A stretch of 31,826 nucleotides of DNA from Methanomicrobia archaeon. GTDB lineage: Archaea > Methanobacteriota_B > Thermococci > Methanofastidiosales > NM3. The position numbers and the translations under genes were made by a program. The stretch's first letter is position 1. Every line of letters starts with the position of its first letter. The stretch lies in contig DSAJ01000112.1 of NCBI GenBank assembly GCA_011372835.1, positions 1-31,826 of the forward strand, in the 5' to 3' direction. Positions 8,184 to 17,224 of the stretch are shown here, piece by piece. The notes under the pieces were generated by a model. It had not been told where the DNA came from, searched no databases, and worked only from the letters and a program-made list of their open reading frames with translations.

Positions 8184-9373
8184 AGCTCTGGGATAAGGAC
8201 GTTGCCCACGACGAGGCGGCCTCCGCATTTGCGGCCGCGGGCGATGCGAAGCTCGATGAGCGCCTGCTCCCCTACGACTGCGTCGCATCGATAGCCCACG
8301 CCAAGGGCCTCAATGTGGCAGGCATCATCGACGACGATGAGCTCTCCATGCTTACCGATGCGCTTGTAGAGCTGAGGGAGATGGCGCTCAAAGGGACGTT
8401 TTCGCTCTCACCCGACGATGAGGACTGCCACAGCGCTATCGAGCGCTTCCTCGTGGAGCGCCTCGGCGACACGGGACGAAAGATCCATACATGCCGCTCG
8501 CGAAACGACCAGGTGCTCTGCGCGCTTCGCCTCTGCTACATCGACGAGCTGCACCATATCGTCGACTCGGTACTCGACCTCATCGGCGCGCTCCAGGATG
8601 TGGCGGATTCGCAGGGGGACGTGTCGTTTGCTGGACATACCCATACGAGAAAGGCCATGCCCACCACGGTGTGCGACTGGGCGCAGGGCTATATCGGCGT
8701 CCTTACCGACAGCGTCATCACGATCGAGGGCGTGTTGCGCCTCATCCGCTCCAATCCGCTGGGCACCGGCGCGGGATACGGTCTTCCCATCCACACCGAC
8801 CGCCGACTCGTCGCCGAGGAGCTCGGGCTTCCGTCGATCGATGTCAACGGCATCTACTCGCAGCTTAGCAGGGCAAAGCATGAAAAGCTCATGCTCTCCG
8901 GGCTCTCGAGCGTGATGTATGACCTCAACAGGCTCGCAAGCGACCTCATACTGTTCTCGCACCCCGACCTTGGCTACTTCGTCATCGACACCTCGATGAC
9001 CACCGGGTCGTCGATCATGCCGCAAAAGACCAATCCCGACGTGCTCGAGGTCATACGCGGCTACTACTCGGTCATCCTCGGCAACGAGATGCAGGTGGCA
9101 ACGGTCACCCACAATCTCATCTCGGGCTACCATCGCGACGTGCAGCTCACAAAGGGTCTCGTCTTCTCATCGCTTGACATCGTCAGCTCGTCGCTCGCGA
9201 TGATGGGGCGCGTCGTGTCGACGCTTGCCGTGTCCGAATCCGCATGCAAGGCGAGCCTCTCCGAGGAGATCTTCCTCACGGAGAAGGCGTACGAGCTCGT
9301 CAGGCAGGGCGTGCCGTTTCGCACCGCCTACCAGCGCGTGGCAAACGACTACTTCTCGCGCAAGAGGGAATAA
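8180..9373 (+). CDS. argH: Argininosuccinate lyase (short, 397 aa)
   Basis: HTCRSRNDQV, GHTH, signature GSSIMPQKTNPD, YHRD, GVPFRTAY. 4-nt overlap with argG. Confidence 0.93.
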   Translation: MKLWDKDVAHDEAASAFAAAGDAKLDERLLPYDCVASIAHAKGLNVAGIIDDDELSMLTDALVELREMALKGTFSLSPDDEDCHSAIERFLVERLGDTGRKIHTCRSRNDQVLCALRLCYIDELHHIVDSVLDLIGALQDVADSQGDVSFAGHTHTRKAMPTTVCDWAQGYIGVLTDSVITIEGVLRLIRSNPLGTGAGYGLPIHTDRRLVAEELGLPSIDVNGIYSQLSRAKHEKLMLSGLSSVMYDLNRLASDLILFSHPDLGYFVIDTSMTTGSSIMPQKTNPDVLEVIRGYYSVILGNEMQVATVTHNLISGYHRDVQLTKGLVFSSLDIVSSSLAMMGRVVSTLAVSESACKASLSEEIFLTEKAYELVRQGVPFRTAYQRVANDYFSRKRE

Positions 9374-9462
9374 GGCGCCGGTACGGGGACCTTCTCGTAC
9401 ATGACTCGATTATGGCTGCGTCCCGGACCCACATTAAACAAACTATTTAAGCGCGTCGTGAG

Positions 9463-10569
9463 ATGGGGGTAGTGGTGAGACCAGTGCCACGCCACGACCT
9501 GGAGTCATTCTTGGAATCGAGAAAGGAGATCATAGAGCTCATACTCGAAAAGGCCCTTCCCCGTGCGATGACAGAGGACTATGTCAACATGCTTTCGGGA
9601 AAGCCGGCATACGGCTACGATACCGAATCGCTCACCATGGGCATCTCCCGCCCCGTCTGGGACTTCCTCTCCCGCGGCGGCAAGCGTTGGCGTCCCATCC
9701 TCTTCACGCTCATCGTTGACGCCCTTGGCGGCGACAGGGACAGAACGCGCGACTATGCCGCGCTCGTCGAGCTCGTGCACAACGGCACCATCATCATCGA
9801 TGACATCGAGGACGGCTCCGAGATGCGCCGCGGAAAGGAGAGCCTGCACACCCTCTTTGGCGTCGACACGGCGATCAACGCCGGCAACGCGCTCTACTTC
9901 ATCCCGCTTGCCCTCTTCGTGAACAACAAGGCAGGATTTTCCGACGACGTGCTCGTTCGCGCTTACAACATCTACTCCACCGAGATGATCAACGTGCACC
10001 TGGGACAGGCGCTTGACATCTCCTGGCATCGGGGCGAGCGAAGCGCGGACGCCATATCAGAGGAGCAGTACATACAGATGTGCGCCTACAAGACCGGCAC
10101 GCTCGCGCGCATGTCGGCCAAGCTCGCCGCCGTGCTCTCGGGGGCAGATGACAAAACGGTGAACGTGCTCGGACGATTCGCCGAGTCGGTCGGCGTCGCG
10201 TTCCAGATACAGGATGACATCCTCGACATCGTCACGAAGGGCGAGGACCGCGAACGGTTCGGAAAGCCGTATGGCAACGACATCACCGAGGGAAAGATCA
10301 CGCTGCTCGTGATCAAGACGCTCCAGCGCGCCCCGCCCGAGGAGGCGCAGACGCTCCTTGACACACTCTCGCAGCACACCCGCGAGAAGGAAAAGCTTGA
10401 CGCGGCGATCGACATCATCGAGCGACATGGTGCTATCGAGAGCGCCAAGGAGATCGCCGATGCGCTCGTCATATCGTCTTGGGAGGAGGCAAGGAAGGTG
10501 CTTCCCGCGTGTGAAGCGAAGGATATGCTCAAGCTCTTTGTCCACTATCTCGTGGAACGCAAGGAATGA
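9463..10569 (+). CDS. Trans-prenyl diphosphate synthase, resembling type III geranylgeranyl diphosphate synthase
   Basis: GGKRWRP, first Asp-rich motif HNGTIIIDDIEDGSEMRRG, VHLGQALD, KTG, second motif FQIQDDILD, DITEGK. Confidence 0.9.
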   Translation: MGVVVRPVPRHDLESFLESRKEIIELILEKALPRAMTEDYVNMLSGKPAYGYDTESLTMGISRPVWDFLSRGGKRWRPILFTLIVDALGGDRDRTRDYAALVELVHNGTIIIDDIEDGSEMRRGKESLHTLFGVDTAINAGNALYFIPLALFVNNKAGFSDDVLVRAYNIYSTEMINVHLGQALDISWHRGERSADAISEEQYIQMCAYKTGTLARMSAKLAAVLSGADDKTVNVLGRFAESVGVAFQIQDDILDIVTKGEDRERFGKPYGNDITEGKITLLVIKTLQRAPPEEAQTLLDTLSQHTREKEKLDAAIDIIERHGAIESAKEIADALVISSWEEARKVLPACEAKDMLKLFVHYLVERKE

Positions 10570-10801
10570 GGCAGGCGTGTCCGTTCATCCTTACTTCTTT
10601 TGCAGGCTTTTCTTACTTTTACTTATTTTACATTATTTACTTGAAATGTTCTGCAAAAAGTATTTAAAGGAAAAGTTTCAATAAATGATTACGTATACAT
10701 GGTGTATGGCAATGCACGAGTTCCTAGGAATGGATGGTAGACATATTCCTAATTATAGCCTATTTTCAAGCACTACATCGTCAATTGGGAGGAAATGAAA
10801 G

Positions 10802-13800
10802 ATGAAAGAAAAGATGAAAAAGGGCATGTCTCTTTTCATAGGGGCCATAATACTTCTTAGTTTAGTATATATTAATGCCGAACCGGCCGAGGCCGCAAAC
10901 GCCATCACGGGCAATGAGGGCGCGGTTTGGTTCGACCTCAATGGCAATGATGAGTTCAATGCTGGCGAAGGCATCGACGACATCGGCGTCTATCTTGATA
11001 ATGCCGGATCGGCAGGTGCGACCACGGCGGCGGACGGATCGTTTTTGGACGTCTTCTCAGGGTCTCCTGTCGGCTTGGACTGGGATGGGCTTCACTATCT
11101 CACGTTCAAGGCCGATGGATTCCTGACCGTGTCGTACAACGTCGACAACTCCGGAGGCACGCTCGCCCTTGCTGGAGGGACGGTCGAGATGCACCTCCAG
11201 GACTCGATCTACGGACGGGTCGTCGATACATCCGGCTCGCCTGTCGCAGGCGTCAAGGTCGAGGCGCTCGACCACGTGACCCATGCGCTCGCGACCGATG
11301 TGCTCGGCGATGACGCCGTTGTGCGCACCGACCAGTTCGGAAACTTCGTGTTCAAGGGCCTTCCCGCCGACACGTATGACATCAGGACCTCGAAGGACCA
11401 GTACGTCTCACAGGTCAAGACCGCCGTACGCGTCATTCGCGGACAGACGACCCAGGGCATCAACTTCGCCATAAGCAAGAACTTCGGTTCGATCGAGGGC
11501 CACGTCTCGAACGGTTCTACACCTATTGAGAATGCAGAAGTGTCGATCAAAGGCCTTGGTCTTTCAGCGATCACCGATTCAGATGGGTATTATAAGATAA
11601 CAGGTGTAATGCCTGGCAGCTACACGATGATCTGTGAGATGGACGGGTACAAGACCGATGTGCTCTACTACGACGACTCCGGAGCATTCGGCCTCAACGG
11701 CGGACCTCTTAGTCCGTTCGTGCAGCCCGGTCCGCCCGTGACACCCGTTCCGGCTGACTTCAATCTCGCACCAGAACCGCTCACGCCGACCAACGGCTAC
11801 ATCTCGGGCATCGTCACCGACGTGAACGGCAATCCGATCGAGGCCGCAACGGTGGAAGTGCCTGGCCTTGGCCTTGCAACGGCGACCGACAGGGCAGGGT
11901 ACTACTTCTTCGAGGAAGTGCCAAACGGCGAGTATGATGTCGTCGTGACCGACCCGTGCCCAATGCTGGACTGCGAGGACGACGAGTACATGGGGCTTCT
12001 CCACCACAAGACGGCAAAAGAGCGCGTCGAGGTGATACCCAATCTCAACGCGGAGACCAACTTCGAGCTTGAGGAGAATCCAGGCTTCATCGTTGGACAA
12101 ATTCTCGACAAGGACGGTCTGCCAGTGCAAAACGTTTCAGTGTCGATACCAAATACCACCATTTCCTCCCTGACCGACGTCAATGGCTGGTATGTGCTTG
12201 AAGGTATCAACATCGAGCGTTACTCTGTGTACGACTACGACTCCGAGTCGATATGCTACTACGTCGACGATGTGATCGTCAGGACGAACGAACCGGACTA
12301 CTACACCAACACGCTCACGGTCACGCCGCTGCCCGCAAACGAATCGTTTGACAACTCATACGACATAACGATCGTTCGAAGGACGGGGATCATCAATGGC
12401 GTTGTCTACGACCGCGGAAGCAACACCGCGATCGAGGGCGCTCGCGTCCGTGCATACGGCCGCGAGGCCATCACCGATGACAGCGGCATCTACGAGTTCG
12501 TGCAGGTGCCAGTAGGCTCATACACCGTCGTAGCAGATGATGGCGGTGCAGGCGACTACGAGGAAACGACACACGATGTGGTCGTCAGGACGGGCATTAC
12601 CGTCTCGAGCGGTGCACAGTCCATATGCAACTTCCAGGGCAGCTACGCACTCCCTGATGAGACGGTATCCAACTACGGCTACGTCTCAGGCGTCGCATAT
12701 GAGGACACTAATAAATCCACCTCCTATGAGGAAGGAGAGGGGCTCTCTGGCGTTACCGTCGAGATACCAGGATACGCACCGGTCACGACGGACGACTTTG
12801 GCTTCTACTTCGTTAAGACCGATGCGGGCGACCACAACATGGTGGCCTACAAGGATGATTACGACTGGTGGGTAGCAGACCCCATGGTGGGCGTCACCGC
12901 CGACATGGAGACTCCCGGTGTTAACATCATGATGGAGCGCCTGACGGGCGAACTTGTTGGCAGGGTCACCGAGGACGGCGACCCCGTGGACCAGGCCGCG
13001 CTCTGGATACCAGGGTATTTCAACTCTTGGCACCCGTTCGCTGCTTTCTTCAATTCCAACCTGATCGTGAGTGATTTCTACGGCAATTACGCCTTTGCAA
13101 ACATCGAAGGCGATGGAGACTACAATGCCATACCAAAGGGCAGGCACCTGCTCATTACGCAAAAATACGATTACGAGGGCGGCGGTGAAGATACGTTCTA
13201 TGAACCGTGGTACGAGTACGAGTTCAACTTCGTGACCATATCATCGACCGTCACAAAGAACATCTCCCTGACCCGTGAGACAGGCCGCGTGGAAGGATAC
13301 GTATGGGAGGACAAGGACGGAGATCTTAGCTACGATCCGCCAACTGACATCCCACTGCCCGACGCCAACGTGTCATTATCGCGCATGTTTGCCACTACGT
13401 CCGACACGACCGGCTACTACACCATACTCGATGTACCAATAACGAAGGACTTCACGCTCTCTCTAGGCAGGGAGATCAACAGGTACACGGGCATAGCAGA
13501 GCTCAATGGTTACGATGTCGAGAAGTATGAGTCCCCGTCGCCACCAACGCCGGATGACGACCTCTACAAGAATCATACGCTCGACCCGGAGCCATACCTC
13601 CTCTGTAATAATATACCAGTATATGAAGAGGTATACTTCGACGATGTCACAAGCGATATCGGATATCCGATGGACAAGGCCGATCCGCTGCCGGTAACAG
13701 GCTCGGTATCGGGCGATGTCGAGCTCTCGCTCAACGACATCAACGCCGAGACCGAGGTCTGGATACAAAACAGCGACAAGGCCACCTGGTCCGACATCGA

Positions 13801-16800
13801 GGGATTCTGGATCCTGCTTGATGTCGACCCAGCAAACTACGCCATCCAGGCGAGCAAGCCGTTTTACGTCTCGCAGATACAGTACAACGTCCCTGTGACG
13901 GCCGGTCACGAGACCGACAACATCGACTACACGCTCGAGAAGGATGGCGCGCTCAAGGGCCACGTCTACGAGGACGTCAATCACAACGGTGTCTACGATG
14001 ACACGATCGATGTGCCCGTGCGCAATGCCACCGTGAGCATCGCTGGCCGACAGGTCACGACCGACATCAACGGTGCCTACTACATCAACGGCCTCTATTC
14101 CAACCTGCCATACATTGGATACACCGTGACATGCACGAAGCAGGACTACTCCCTTGCCGCTGTGTATGATGTGGACATCGTGCACGGAGGCACAACATCA
14201 GGTGTCGACTTCCTCATCGAGAAGGAGGAAGGGCTCATCATGGGCTACGTCCGCGACTCATCCACCAACGATGGCATCGAGGGAATAGAAGTGCTAGCCA
14301 TGGACGACGATATCCCATCCAATGAGGAAACAGGCGATACCGACAGCAACGGATGGTACGTGCTCGTGGCCAACCGCGGCACCTACACGCTCCAGGCCCC
14401 AATGGAGCCGAATGGCACCGATTATGTGACCAAGGAGCGCTATGATGTGGACGTTCCCGGCAGGGCGATAGTCACCGAACATTTCATGCTCTGGGACGAG
14501 ACCACGATGCCTGACAACAACCTTTACGGTATCGTATGGTTCGATGATAACAACGACGGTTCATACGATGCCGGTGAGGAGGTCGGAAACGTCGAAGTGT
14601 CGATCCCGGGCCTTGGACGCACCGTGTTCAGCTCGAGCTCAGTGAACGACGATATCGGTGTTGACTACAACTTCATCTTCATGGATGTGCCAAACGATGG
14701 CGGCAGGACGTACCATGTGACCGCAAAGGAAGAGATCACTGGTACCACGCCACAGCAGTACACCATGACGGTGGCACGTGACCAAGCGACAAACACACAG
14801 GTCATGATCGAGCTTCCGTCGGCACCCTCGACGCCTTACGACTCATGGATCGAGGGGATCGTCTTCTGGGACATGAACGACAACGGCGTCGTTGACGAGA
14901 ACGAACGAATTCCCGACATGCCGGTCTATGTGCCCGGCTCTGGCATCGACAACGATGTGGCCACCGCCGGACTGAAGGCAGAGACGGACTCCACAGGATA
15001 CTATATCATCAACGAAGTGCCTTCGGAGATAAACAACTCGACAACGAAGATGACAGTCGTCACTGGAGACCTCGCGCTCGAGGGCATCTACGAGCCAGGC
15101 ATACAGAGGAATCTCCCCATGGAGGGGGGCAGTGGCAAGTGGATAGACTTCCCACTCATGAAGACCACATCCTACACGTCTGCATACCTCTTCGGTGAGG
15201 TATACTTCGATGCCAACGATAACGATCAGTACGACGTCGATGCGTCCGTTCCTGAGACCGAGGGTATCGTCAATGCTAGCGTGACGGCAGACAGCGTATC
15301 GGAGGATACCGACAGTTTCGGATTCTATATACTCGAGGGCCTGACCGCTGATGAGACGTATCTCGTCGAGGTTAACGCCGCAGGGTACGAGTCTCACGAG
15401 GAGTACACGACCGTCGAGCTTGGCCTCAACACCATGAACTACTCGCTCAACAAGCTCACTAACACCATAAGCGGATACGTTTTCGAGGACGTGAATGACA
15501 ATGGTGTCAAGGATGCGGGCGACAAGGTCATCAACGCCAAGATCATCGCCGTCAAGAATGGTGGAGGCACGTTTGAGGCATTCACCGATGATACCGGGTT
15601 CTACTCGGTACCAAGCCTGCCTGTTGGAACGTACGCGCTCCAGTGTGAGCAGATCGTGGATGGCAGTGAACTACCAGAGTACCAGGACTGGCAGATCGAG
15701 GACCCGATCGTTATCACCGAGGGTGACATCATCGAGCAGGACATACCGATGTCACGCTACTTCGTGGACGTGAACGGAAACGTCACCGATGGTACCGACC
15801 CGCTTCAGGGCGTTGTAGTTGATTGGTTCTCGCCAGACGACTTCACGACACCTGTCTTCACGACATCGTCAGACAGTTCTGGCGACTGGGTGACGACGAG
15901 CTGGACACACGCTGATCTCGACTACGATGGCGAGGTCGATGACAACGAGGACGGAGTGCCTGTCGGTACGTGGTTCGTCAAGTTCTCGAAGACGGGCTAT
16001 GAGGTCGTCACGAAATGGGTAACGCTCGACTTCGACGATGTGGGTACAGGCTACACCATCGATGTCGCGATGACCGAGGTGGAGTCGACACTCGGTATCA
16101 TCGAGGGCACGGTCGATAACGCTAACGACGCAACACCCATACAGGGTGCGACGGTCAAGGCGACGGAGACCACGTCACTCGATGAGTACTATACGTCCAC
16201 GCTAGCTGACGGCTCCTACAGCCTCAACGACCTGCCGCCAGGAACATACGATGTTGAATGTACGAAGATCGGCTTCGACGATGGCACCGCCTCAGGCGTA
16301 TCAGTGACGGCCAACACGACGACGACACAGGACTTCTCGCTCGACCCCAACGCAGAGGGATTCGGCGAGATGGAGGTCACCGTCGAGGACGAGGGCACTA
16401 ACCTCTATGAGGGTGCTCTGGTCACTGTATGGCACTACAACGACACTACGACCAACAAGGAGGTCTATGAGTTCTTCGCCGAGGCCACGACAGATTCGTC
16501 AGGAGTGGTGACGTTCACCAACCTCCCGACGGACGCTGACGGCGAGACATACGTCGTGTGTGCTTCAGACAACGATGGCAACATGATCATGGACGCCTTC
16601 GAGTTCCTCGTGGAGGACGGCGACACGGATACTGCGACGCTCACGCTCGAACCGGGCACCGCATCGAGCAACACGTTCCCCGATGCAGGCTGGTACATGA
16701 TGTCGTTCCCCGTGCTCGTGCCCGAGGACGTGCCATGGCCCGCGCTTCTCTATGCCAGTGGCATAGACAGCTCGGAGTGGCAGAAGGTGGCCCAGTGGAC

Positions 16801-17209
16801 CGATGGGGTGTATGAATACTACGACCCGACCCTGGTACGCGACACGGACATGTGGTATGCAGAGGCAGACAGGGGCTACTGGCTCAGGCTCAATGCGGCC
16901 GCCACGCTCACCGTCGTGGGCGAGGAGAGCACGGAACGAGTCTTGAATCTCACCGGTGGCCAGTGGAGCCTGATAGGCTACAACCTGCTGACAGCAAACA
17001 ACGACATCGCAACGGCGATGGACGTCTCGGTGACAGACTCGGTCAACCTCATGTGGACGTACCTCCCCGACGAGGTCGCTGGATCGCCACTGAACCAGGC
17101 ACAGCTCTACGACCCACGCGGGCGATTTGCAAGCGGATTTGACGAGTTCAATCCATGGCATGGATACTGGATATACTGCGACGATGATTGTACCATCACA
17201 ATCTCCTAA
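10802..17209 (+). CDS. Giant secreted surface protein: about 19 carboxypeptidase-regulatory-like/SdrD-B-type beta-sandwich modules plus a C-terminal duplicated GW...GYW domain
   Basis: N-terminal signal peptide ending AEA-A. Recurring G-x-I-x-G-x-V...T-D-x-x-G-x-Y...P-x-G-x-Y pattern, highly acidic, with eight DxN/DxD loops. No C-terminal TM helix. SD GGGAGG at 10787-10792. Confidence 0.85.
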   Translation: MKEKMKKGMSLFIGAIILLSLVYINAEPAEAANAITGNEGAVWFDLNGNDEFNAGEGIDDIGVYLDNAGSAGATTAADGSFLDVFSGSPVGLDWDGLHYLTFKADGFLTVSYNVDNSGGTLALAGGTVEMHLQDSIYGRVVDTSGSPVAGVKVEALDHVTHALATDVLGDDAVVRTDQFGNFVFKGLPADTYDIRTSKDQYVSQVKTAVRVIRGQTTQGINFAISKNFGSIEGHVSNGSTPIENAEVSIKGLGLSAITDSDGYYKITGVMPGSYTMICEMDGYKTDVLYYDDSGAFGLNGGPLSPFVQPGPPVTPVPADFNLAPEPLTPTNGYISGIVTDVNGNPIEAATVEVPGLGLATATDRAGYYFFEEVPNGEYDVVVTDPCPMLDCEDDEYMGLLHHKTAKERVEVIPNLNAETNFELEENPGFIVGQILDKDGLPVQNVSVSIPNTTISSLTDVNGWYVLEGINIERYSVYDYDSESICYYVDDVIVRTNEPDYYTNTLTVTPLPANESFDNSYDITIVRRTGIINGVVYDRGSNTAIEGARVRAYGREAITDDSGIYEFVQVPVGSYTVVADDGGAGDYEETTHDVVVRTGITVSSGAQSICNFQGSYALPDETVSNYGYVSGVAYEDTNKSTSYEEGEGLSGVTVEIPGYAPVTTDDFGFYFVKTDAGDHNMVAYKDDYDWWVADPMVGVTADMETPGVNIMMERLTGELVGRVTEDGDPVDQAALWIPGYFNSWHPFAAFFNSNLIVSDFYGNYAFANIEGDGDYNAIPKGRHLLITQKYDYEGGGEDTFYEPWYEYEFNFVTISSTVTKNISLTRETGRVEGYVWEDKDGDLSYDPPTDIPLPDANVSLSRMFATTSDTTGYYTILDVPITKDFTLSLGREINRYTGIAELNGYDVEKYESPSPPTPDDDLYKNHTLDPEPYLLCNNIPVYEEVYFDDVTSDIGYPMDKADPLPVTGSVSGDVELSLNDINAETEVWIQNSDKATWSDIEGFWILLDVDPANYAIQASKPFYVSQIQYNVPVTAGHETDNIDYTLEKDGALKGHVYEDVNHNGVYDDTIDVPVRNATVSIAGRQVTTDINGAYYINGLYSNLPYIGYTVTCTKQDYSLAAVYDVDIVHGGTTSGVDFLIEKEEGLIMGYVRDSSTNDGIEGIEVLAMDDDIPSNEETGDTDSNGWYVLVANRGTYTLQAPMEPNGTDYVTKERYDVDVPGRAIVTEHFMLWDETTMPDNNLYGIVWFDDNNDGSYDAGEEVGNVEVSIPGLGRTVFSSSSVNDDIGVDYNFIFMDVPNDGGRTYHVTAKEEITGTTPQQYTMTVARDQATNTQVMIELPSAPSTPYDSWIEGIVFWDMNDNGVVDENERIPDMPVYVPGSGIDNDVATAGLKAETDSTGYYIINEVPSEINNSTTKMTVVTGDLALEGIYEPGIQRNLPMEGGSGKWIDFPLMKTTSYTSAYLFGEVYFDANDNDQYDVDASVPETEGIVNASVTADSVSEDTDSFGFYILEGLTADETYLVEVNAAGYESHEEYTTVELGLNTMNYSLNKLTNTISGYVFEDVNDNGVKDAGDKVINAKIIAVKNGGGTFEAFTDDTGFYSVPSLPVGTYALQCEQIVDGSELPEYQDWQIEDPIVITEGDIIEQDIPMSRYFVDVNGNVTDGTDPLQGVVVDWFSPDDFTTPVFTTSSDSSGDWVTTSWTHADLDYDGEVDDNEDGVPVGTWFVKFSKTGYEVVTKWVTLDFDDVGTGYTIDVAMTEVESTLGIIEGTVDNANDATPIQGATVKATETTSLDEYYTSTLADGSYSLNDLPPGTYDVECTKIGFDDGTASGVSVTANTTTTQDFSLDPNAEGFGEMEVTVEDEGTNLYEGALVTVWHYNDTTTNKEVYEFFAEATTDSSGVVTFTNLPTDADGETYVVCASDNDGNMIMDAFEFLVEDGDTDTATLTLEPGTASSNTFPDAGWYMMSFPVLVPEDVPWPALLYASGIDSSEWQKVAQWTDGVYEYYDPTLVRDTDMWYAEADRGYWLRLNAAATLTVVGEESTERVLNLTGGQWSLIGYNLLTANNDIATAMDVSVTDSVNLMWTYLPDEVAGSPLNQAQLYDPRGRFASGFDEFNPWHGYWIYCDDDCTITIS

Positions 17210-17224
17210 ACAACGGTGAACCTG

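Noticed and set aside
6807-8288. 493-aa minus-strand ORF, and similar long antisense or alternate-frame ORFs (409-1383, 1997-2971, 2214-3146, 23644-24462, 23712-24836, 30508-31287)
   Set aside because: Shadow ORFs over well-supported genes. They are expected from GC-rich, C/G-ending codon usage, have no recognisable motifs, and show the mirror-image R/V/D/L-rich composition.
10570-10660. TTAC/TTACTT micro-repeats after the prenyl synthase
   Set aside because: Low-complexity T-rich terminator-type sequence without regular period; not CRISPR-like.
10795-10860. Out-of-frame ATG and 21-codon overlapping uORF at the giant gene start, with repeated ATGAAA
   Set aside because: Only 2 nt from the SD, which is poor spacing; the repeat is explained by an MKEKMKK signal-peptide N-region.
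10802-17209. Apparently lower GC in parts of the giant gene as evidence of horizontal transfer
   Set aside because: Spot counts were about 44% GC at 11521-11640 but other stretches look like the flanks. It needs a proper sliding-window and codon-usage calculation, and there are no integrase, tRNA or flanking direct repeats.
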